A stretch of DNA of 64,000 nt from an uncultured Ohtaekwangia sp. (GTDB taxonomy: Bacteria > Bacteroidota > Bacteroidia > Cytophagales > Cyclobacteriaceae), in assembly GCA_964540915.1 (NCBI GenBank), contig CAZIOY010000003.1, forward strand, positions 38,440-102,439, given 5' to 3'. The position numbers and the translations under genes are program-made. Of this stretch, positions 59,052-64,000 are shown piece after piece; position 1 is the stretch's first letter; the number at the start of each line of letters is the position of its first letter. The notes under the pieces were generated by a model that saw only the letters and a program-made list of their open reading frames with translations, ran no database searches and was not told the DNA's origin.

Positions 59052-60374
59052 GTGGAACTTCGCGATCTGATTGTCACCCCTGTTTTACTAATTATCATTT
59101 ATGTGCTGGCGTATGTCATACGACCTTACGTAACCGATGATATCAACAGGCGCTATTTTTTTCCTGCGTTAACTGTTAAAATTATCGGTGCACTGGCGAT
59201 CGGGTTCATCTATCAGTTTTATTATGATGGTGGCGACACGTTCAATTATCACACCTATGGAAGTCGTGTAATCTGGAACGCCATTATTGATTCCCCGGAT
59301 GGGTTTAGGCTATTAACCGGAAGCAATGAGCCTGGGCTTTATAAGTATACTTCCCGGATTTTATTCTTCCATGATCCGAGTTCATTTTTTATTGTTCGCA
59401 TTGCTGCTGTATTTGATTTGATTACTTTCTCCAGTTACTCGGCCACAGCGCTTCTTTTTGCTGTCGTTAGTTTTGTGGGGATGTGGCTTTTCTTCAAAGC
59501 ATTTTACAGCCTGGTTCCGCACATGCATGGGTGGATCGCGTTAGCAGCATTTTTTATTCCATCTGTTTTTTTCTGGGGATCAGGATTACTTAAAGACACG
59601 ATTACCCTGGCAAGCGTAGGTGTTTTAATGTATGCGCTGAAGCAGATACTGATCGACAAGAAATTAAAATTGGGTTCAATTCTTCTGCTCATCATCAGTG
59701 CTTATGCCTTGTTTGAAATTAAAAAATATATTCTGCTCTGTTTTTTGCCAGCGGCCATACTTTGGATCTATTTTAGCAACTTAAGCCGCATTAAGTCCGT
59801 GATGCTTCGGGCGATGCTGATGCCATTTGTGATTTTAATCGTGGTGGGATCAGGGTATTGGGCCGTTGTTAAAATCGGAGAGAATGATGAGCGTTACTCG
59901 TTAAGTCGCCTACCAGAAACTGCCCGAATCACTGCCTACGACATAGGTTTCTACTCAGGAAAAAATGCAGGTAGTCGTTATTCACTGGGCGAGTTTGATG
60001 GAACATTCACCAGCATTCTTAAGTTGTCGCCACAGGCAGTAAATGTAGCGCTGTTCAGGCCCTACCTGTGGGAAGTAAAAAACCCCTTGATGTTTCTCTC
60101 CGCGCTTGAAAGCTTTGTGATTCTATTATTTACGATCTATGTTTTGTTTGTCCGGAGGCACGTAGTAGTCAAAATGCTGGTTAATCCACACGTGGTTTTT
60201 TGCCTGGTCTTTAGCATCACGTTTGCCTTTGCCGTTGGGGTGTCTACCTTTAATTTCGGAACCCTGGCCCGCTATAAAATCCCCTTGTTGCCATTTTATA
60301 TCATGGCCCTTGCGCTCATAATGGACTATTCAAAAAGCGATAAAAAATTGGAGGTATTCGAAGAGATGGAATAG
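59052..60374 (+). CDS. hypothetical polytopic membrane protein (10 or more TM), possibly a polysaccharide polymerase/GT-C-like enzyme
   Basis: GTG start, 440 aa, highly hydrophobic. The functional guess rests only on its position in the polysaccharide locus. Confidence 0.5.
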   Translation: MELRDLIVTPVLLIIIYVLAYVIRPYVTDDINRRYFFPALTVKIIGALAIGFIYQFYYDGGDTFNYHTYGSRVIWNAIIDSPDGFRLLTGSNEPGLYKYTSRILFFHDPSSFFIVRIAAVFDLITFSSYSATALLFAVVSFVGMWLFFKAFYSLVPHMHGWIALAAFFIPSVFFWGSGLLKDTITLASVGVLMYALKQILIDKKLKLGSILLLIISAYALFEIKKYILLCFLPAAILWIYFSNLSRIKSVMLRAMLMPFVILIVVGSGYWAVVKIGENDERYSLSRLPETARITAYDIGFYSGKNAGSRYSLGEFDGTFTSILKLSPQAVNVALFRPYLWEVKNPLMFLSALESFVILLFTIYVLFVRRHVVVKMLVNPHVVFCLVFSITFAFAVGVSTFNFGTLARYKIPLLPFYIMALALIMDYSKSDKKLEVFEEME

Positions 60375-61402
60375 GAATCAATAATTTTTTTTCGACCTCT
60401 TTTTCCCATTGTCTCGCGAAGGGTTGGGTCTTGAATTAGTTTATTCAAAGCTAGCAGCCACTCTCCATCGGTGCTGCAAAGAAATCCTTCAACACCTTCT
60501 GAAATTATTTCAGTATTTACACCCACCGGTGAAATCACAGCCGGAATCTCCAGCGCCATATATTGGAGTGCTTTAAACCCACATTTACCGTTCGTCCACT
60601 CATCGTCAGGCAGGGGCATAATGCCAATATCTATTTTTAAAAGGTCTTCGATTTCAGTATCGGGATTCCATTTAATAAAGTTGAGCCTGTTCAATCGAAG
60701 CGGAGGCTGCTGATCGGCAATCACGAGAAATGAAACCTGGTCAAATTGATTTTCCAGTTTTTGCAAAACGGGCTCTAATAAAAGCAGATATTTCAATGTG
60801 GAGTGTGAGCCGGTCCAACCAATAACAATATTGCCTGATTTTTTCTTTTTTTCGAAAAGTGCCGGGTTATGCATGTTTTCACAATCAATGGTTGTCGGGT
60901 TTATCACTACCTGATCGTTGAATGGAAGTGCATAATCCGCCAGGTATTGATTGCCGCAGCTTACTTTGTAACTCCATCGGCATATTTGTTTAACCTTGTC
61001 TCTCCGTTTAATCGCTTTCAAAAAAGTAGATTCATTAACCCTGTCTGTCAGCCAGATAGCATCATCAAAGTCATAAATAATTTTTTTGAGGAGAATTTTT
61101 GCCAGAACCCATTCGAAAACAGGAGGCCCGACAGGTGATGCTTCACGGTGTATAAATATGAATCTGCAGGGGGGGGCAATTAATAAAGCATAGATTCTTT
61201 TGGCGGTGCCCCTTATAAGCGTTAGGGCTTTTTGCAGCGGATAACCTTCTTTATAAAACAAATGCCAGTTGTTACTGGAAAGAAAACTTTGGCATTGAAT
61301 TGTGATACCCTGATTTTGGAGGTTTTTAAAATACTGCTCGAACCTGAAACGTTGCGAGGGTGATTCTTTCAGAGGATATGGAATGAGGAAAAGAATTTTC
61401 AT
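60326..61402 (-). CDS. glycosyltransferase family 4 (GT-B, group 1)
   Basis: 358 aa. C-terminal GT1 region (GIMPLPDDEWTNGKCGFKALQYMALEIPAVISPVG...E) with the E-x7-E-like motif. Confidence 0.85.
   Translation of the reverse strand: MKILFLIPYPLKESPSQRFRFEQYFKNLQNQGITIQCQSFLSSNNWHLFYKEGYPLQKALTLIRGTAKRIYALLIAPPCRFIFIHREASPVGPPVFEWVLAKILLKKIIYDFDDAIWLTDRVNESTFLKAIKRRDKVKQICRWSYKVSCGNQYLADYALPFNDQVVINPTTIDCENMHNPALFEKKKKSGNIVIGWTGSHSTLKYLLLLEPVLQKLENQFDQVSFLVIADQQPPLRLNRLNFIKWNPDTEIEDLLKIDIGIMPLPDDEWTNGKCGFKALQYMALEIPAVISPVGVNTEIISEGVEGFLCSTDGEWLLALNKLIQDPTLRETMGKRGRKKIIDSYSISSNTSNFLSLFE
61169..61176 (-). repeat. C8 homopolymer tract (G8 on the plus strand) inside the glycosyltransferase coding sequence
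   Basis: Minus strand reads ATT GCC CCC CCC TGC AGA, encoding I-A-P-P-C-R at about codon 76-81. Currently in frame. Confidence 0.9.
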
Positions 61403-61473
61403 GGTAACTTGCCCACCAAAAGCGAATTAGATTACGGTCGATGAAAAGTAAACAACTTGATCTGTTCGCATAA

Positions 61474-62310
61474 ATGAAAGAAGTGGAAGAAGACTTTAAA
61501 TATATCATTGAATCTGATGGAAAAAAACTTTTCGATTGGCGGGAAGTTTGGCGTTACCATGAGTTGTTTTATTTTTTCACCTGGCGTGATATCAAGATAA
61601 AGTATAAACAAACGGTGCTCGGGATTTTATGGGCACTTCTTCAGCCGTTGTTTATGATGGCAATTTTTACTCTTTTTTTTAGCAGAGCGCTAAAGGTGCC
61701 TTCTCAGGATTTGCCATATCCTGTATTTGTTTTGTCCGGGCTTATGATTTGGAATGTGTTCTCCACCGGGCTCACCAATGCTTCAAACAGCATGATCAGC
61801 AATTCTTTGATTATCAAAAAAATTTACTTTCCCAGGTTGGTGATTCCGGTTTCATCTGTCTTAGGGGCTGTTTTTGATTTTTTGGTAGCCTTCATTTTAT
61901 TTATCGTCATTCTCATCGTTTATAAACAATCAGTCTCTTATCATGCGCTGTGGTTTTGGCCCGGAGGTTTACTAGTGGCATTCATTGCTACCTTGGGCCC
62001 CGGTTGCTTGTTGGCGGCATTAAATGTAAAATACCGTGACTTCCGGTATGTGATTCCTTTTGTTATCCAAGTCATGTTGTTTTTAACACCTGTTATTTAT
62101 CCAGTATCGATCGTATCCTCTCCCTTATTGAAATACATAGTAGCCATTAATCCGGTGTATGCTGCCGTTGAACTTTTCCGTTATCCTTTGATTGGCAGCT
62201 GGTCAAATATTTCCATGCTGGCGGTTAGTTTGATATCGGGCTTGATTTTTTTAGTGGTAGGGTTAATTTACTTTAGAAGAACGGAAAACTTCTTTGCTGA
62301 TTTTTCATAA
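61474..62310 (+). CDS. ABC-2 type polysaccharide export permease (Wzm-like)
   Basis: 278 aa, 6 TM. N-terminal RDIKIKYKQTVLGILWALLQP signature of Wzm/TagG permeases. Confidence 0.85.
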   Translation: MKEVEEDFKYIIESDGKKLFDWREVWRYHELFYFFTWRDIKIKYKQTVLGILWALLQPLFMMAIFTLFFSRALKVPSQDLPYPVFVLSGLMIWNVFSTGLTNASNSMISNSLIIKKIYFPRLVIPVSSVLGAVFDFLVAFILFIVILIVYKQSVSYHALWFWPGGLLVAFIATLGPGCLLAALNVKYRDFRYVIPFVIQVMLFLTPVIYPVSIVSSPLLKYIVAINPVYAAVELFRYPLIGSWSNISMLAVSLISGLIFLVVGLIYFRRTENFFADFS

Positions 62311-62311
62311 T

Positions 62312-63517
62312 ATGAAACCCATCCTGGAAGTACAATCCGTTTCTAAGAAATTCCGAATATCACATATGGCCGGTGGCTACCTGAGCCTGCGGGAAAAAAT
62401 TGCTGGCCTGCTAAAGCCAGGAGGAAATTCTTCTGAGGATTTTTGGGCACTCAAGGATGTTTCTTTTCAGGTTCAAAAAGGTGAGTCCATTGGTATCATC
62501 GGAAAGAATGGTGCCGGCAAATCAACCTTGCTAAAAATACTTTCTAAAATCACACCGCCCACCCAGGGCCGAATCATATCCAGAGGCCGCATAGCGAGTT
62601 TGCTGGAAGTTGGAACCGGTTTGCATCCGGAATTAACCGGCAGAGAAAATATTTTCTTTTATGGCGCCTTGTTGGGGATGAAGAGAGTAGAGATCGAAAC
62701 CAGGTTTGATGAGATTGTTGATTTTTCGGGTACAGAAAGATTCCTCGATACTCCATTAAAGCATTATTCCAGTGGCATGCAACTCAGGCTTGCCTTTTCA
62801 GTGGCGGCCTTTCTGGAGCCGGAAATATTAATCATTGATGAAGTGCTGGCAGTGGGTGACACCGAATTTCAAAAGAAGTGCCTCGGCAAAATGGAGAATG
62901 TAAGTAAAAGCGGAAGAACCATTTTGTTCGTGAGTCATCAGCTCGGAGTTGTTTCTCAATTATGCCGGAGAGCAATTTTATTGAAAGAAGGCAAAATTGC
63001 GGGCATGGGTGATACACTTGATATCATTAATAAATACAACGCGTCTTTTGAGCAGAGCACGGGTTTTGTAAGGTCCAATCAAAAAAAGACAGATATCTTT
63101 TTCCAAAGCATTCAACTGGCAGATAGGTCAGGAATTTCGCGCTATAATTTTCTTCATAATGAGGAAATGACATTAGATCTCTCCGTGTTTTCGGAAAAAT
63201 ATCACTCCATGGTATTTTTAAGTGTGGCCATTCAAAATTCGTTGGGAAGAAAAGTATTTACTACCGAGCGCCCGCTTGAACAATTTTATAAACCAGGAGA
63301 AATAAAACTCAGAGTAGAATTACCCAAGCAATTTCTGGCACCGGGTTCATACAGCGTGTATGCCGCTATTCATGTTCCTCGCACAAATACGTTTGATGAA
63401 CTAGATCGAATTTGTGACTTCACCATTTCTGATGGAGGTTCGGAATTTGCCAAATATGAAGGGGCGTGGTTTTATGGAGATGTATTTGCGGATTGTAAAT
63501 GGGAGTCCTATCATTAA
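62312..63517 (+). CDS. polysaccharide ABC transporter ATP-binding protein (Wzt/TagH-like) with an extra C-terminal domain
   Basis: Walker A GKNGAGKST, signature YSSGMQLRL, Walker B LIIDE, plus a C-terminal extension of about 150 aa. ATG at 62312, 2 nt after the Wzm stop. Confidence 0.9.
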   Translation: MKPILEVQSVSKKFRISHMAGGYLSLREKIAGLLKPGGNSSEDFWALKDVSFQVQKGESIGIIGKNGAGKSTLLKILSKITPPTQGRIISRGRIASLLEVGTGLHPELTGRENIFFYGALLGMKRVEIETRFDEIVDFSGTERFLDTPLKHYSSGMQLRLAFSVAAFLEPEILIIDEVLAVGDTEFQKKCLGKMENVSKSGRTILFVSHQLGVVSQLCRRAILLKEGKIAGMGDTLDIINKYNASFEQSTGFVRSNQKKTDIFFQSIQLADRSGISRYNFLHNEEMTLDLSVFSEKYHSMVFLSVAIQNSLGRKVFTTERPLEQFYKPGEIKLRVELPKQFLAPGSYSVYAAIHVPRTNTFDELDRICDFTISDGGSEFAKYEGAWFYGDVFADCKWESYH

Positions 63518-63523
63518 GTGATT

Positions 63524-64000
63524 ATGCTCAGTCGCTGGCTTACCGTATTATCACTTTTTTCATTAGCTGACTTGATGGTATTGATATCCGGTAAATTGGG
63601 GCTTACCAAACAGTCAGAAAAATTCAACCTGCTGGATGATAAAAAAAACAAACTCGATCTTCTTTACTTATATGATAGCAAGTCATTTCGATTAGCGGAA
63701 AACAATGAAGTAACGGTGCGTCTTGCTATGGAAGGTAAAACGTATTCCTGCAATTTAAGATTGGCAGGCAGTGATGTGTTGGTGTTCCACCAAGTTGTAA
63801 TTTCTAAAGAGTATGAGTTTGCGCTTTCGGTATTCAAAGAAAAATTTAGTCGCGCACCTTCTACGATAGTGGATGCCGGGGCCAATATTGGCCTGGTCAT
63901 TATTTTCTTTAAGGCAGCGAATGCGGACGCAAGAATTCTTGCCATTGAACCTGACCACGATAATTACAGAAAAGCTCAGCAGAATATTTTGCAAAATAAT
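63524..64000 (+). CDS. FkbM family methyltransferase (partial; continues beyond the window end)
   Basis: My translation: MLSRWLTVLSLF...VFHQVVISKEYEF...TIVDAGANIGLVIIFFK...ILAIEPDHDNY. VDAGANIG is the FkbM SAM motif. The frame is open to position 64000. Confidence 0.75.
   Translation, partial: MLSRWLTVLSLFSLADLMVLISGKLGLTKQSEKFNLLDDKKNKLDLLYLYDSKSFRLAENNEVTVRLAMEGKTYSCNLRLAGSDVLVFHQVVISKEYEFALSVFKEKFSRAPSTIVDAGANIGLVIIFFKAANADARILAIEPDHDNYRKAQQNILQNN

Overview
The window reads as a chromosomal, mostly housekeeping segment of a Bacteroidota genome, probably Cytophagia/Flavobacteriia-like. Supporting this: a gldH gliding lipoprotein, fused secDF, a DUF2723 giant membrane protein, a GWxTD protein, and many starts preceded by the Bacteroidetes -7 promoter box TAnnTTTG instead of Shine-Dalgarno sites. 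About 60 protein genes are supported. They include prfC, atpDC, a natAB-like ABC pump with a histidine kinase, dnaJ-grpE, obg, adk, hpt, upp, gcvP, ndk, two FKBP isomerases, rdgB, udk, secDF, an NhaD antiporter, an OmpR-type two-component pair, PSP1/gldH, purD, recQ and kpsF. The right end holds an ABC-transporter-type polysaccharide locus (GT, Wzm, Wzt, FkbM). I found no rRNA, tRNA, CRISPR array, transposase or integrase.

The most interesting signal is a pair of small ORFs with N-terminal signal anchors, at 35776-36117 and 39352-39738. Their unrelated bodies converge on the same C-terminal peptide, LFxx[VI]x[AS]PNAP-stop. One lies directly upstream of secDF and the other directly upstream of nhaD. 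Each is followed by a hairpin plus T-run. This is the architecture of secretion-monitoring translation-arrest leader peptides (SecM, MifM, VemP, ApdA/ApdP), here apparently duplicated to control both a Sec component and a Na+/H+ antiporter.

An exact 17-nt box (TTTAATCGAATTCTAAT) recurs upstream of the nhaD leader and of the adjacent response regulator. That suggests a second, two-component layer of control. Other observations are a C8 tract in a glycosyltransferase, a translationally coupled 59-aa ORF missed by the ORF track, and two intergenic elements built on the same AGT-heptamer plan. All functional calls come from reading motifs by eye. No database search was run.
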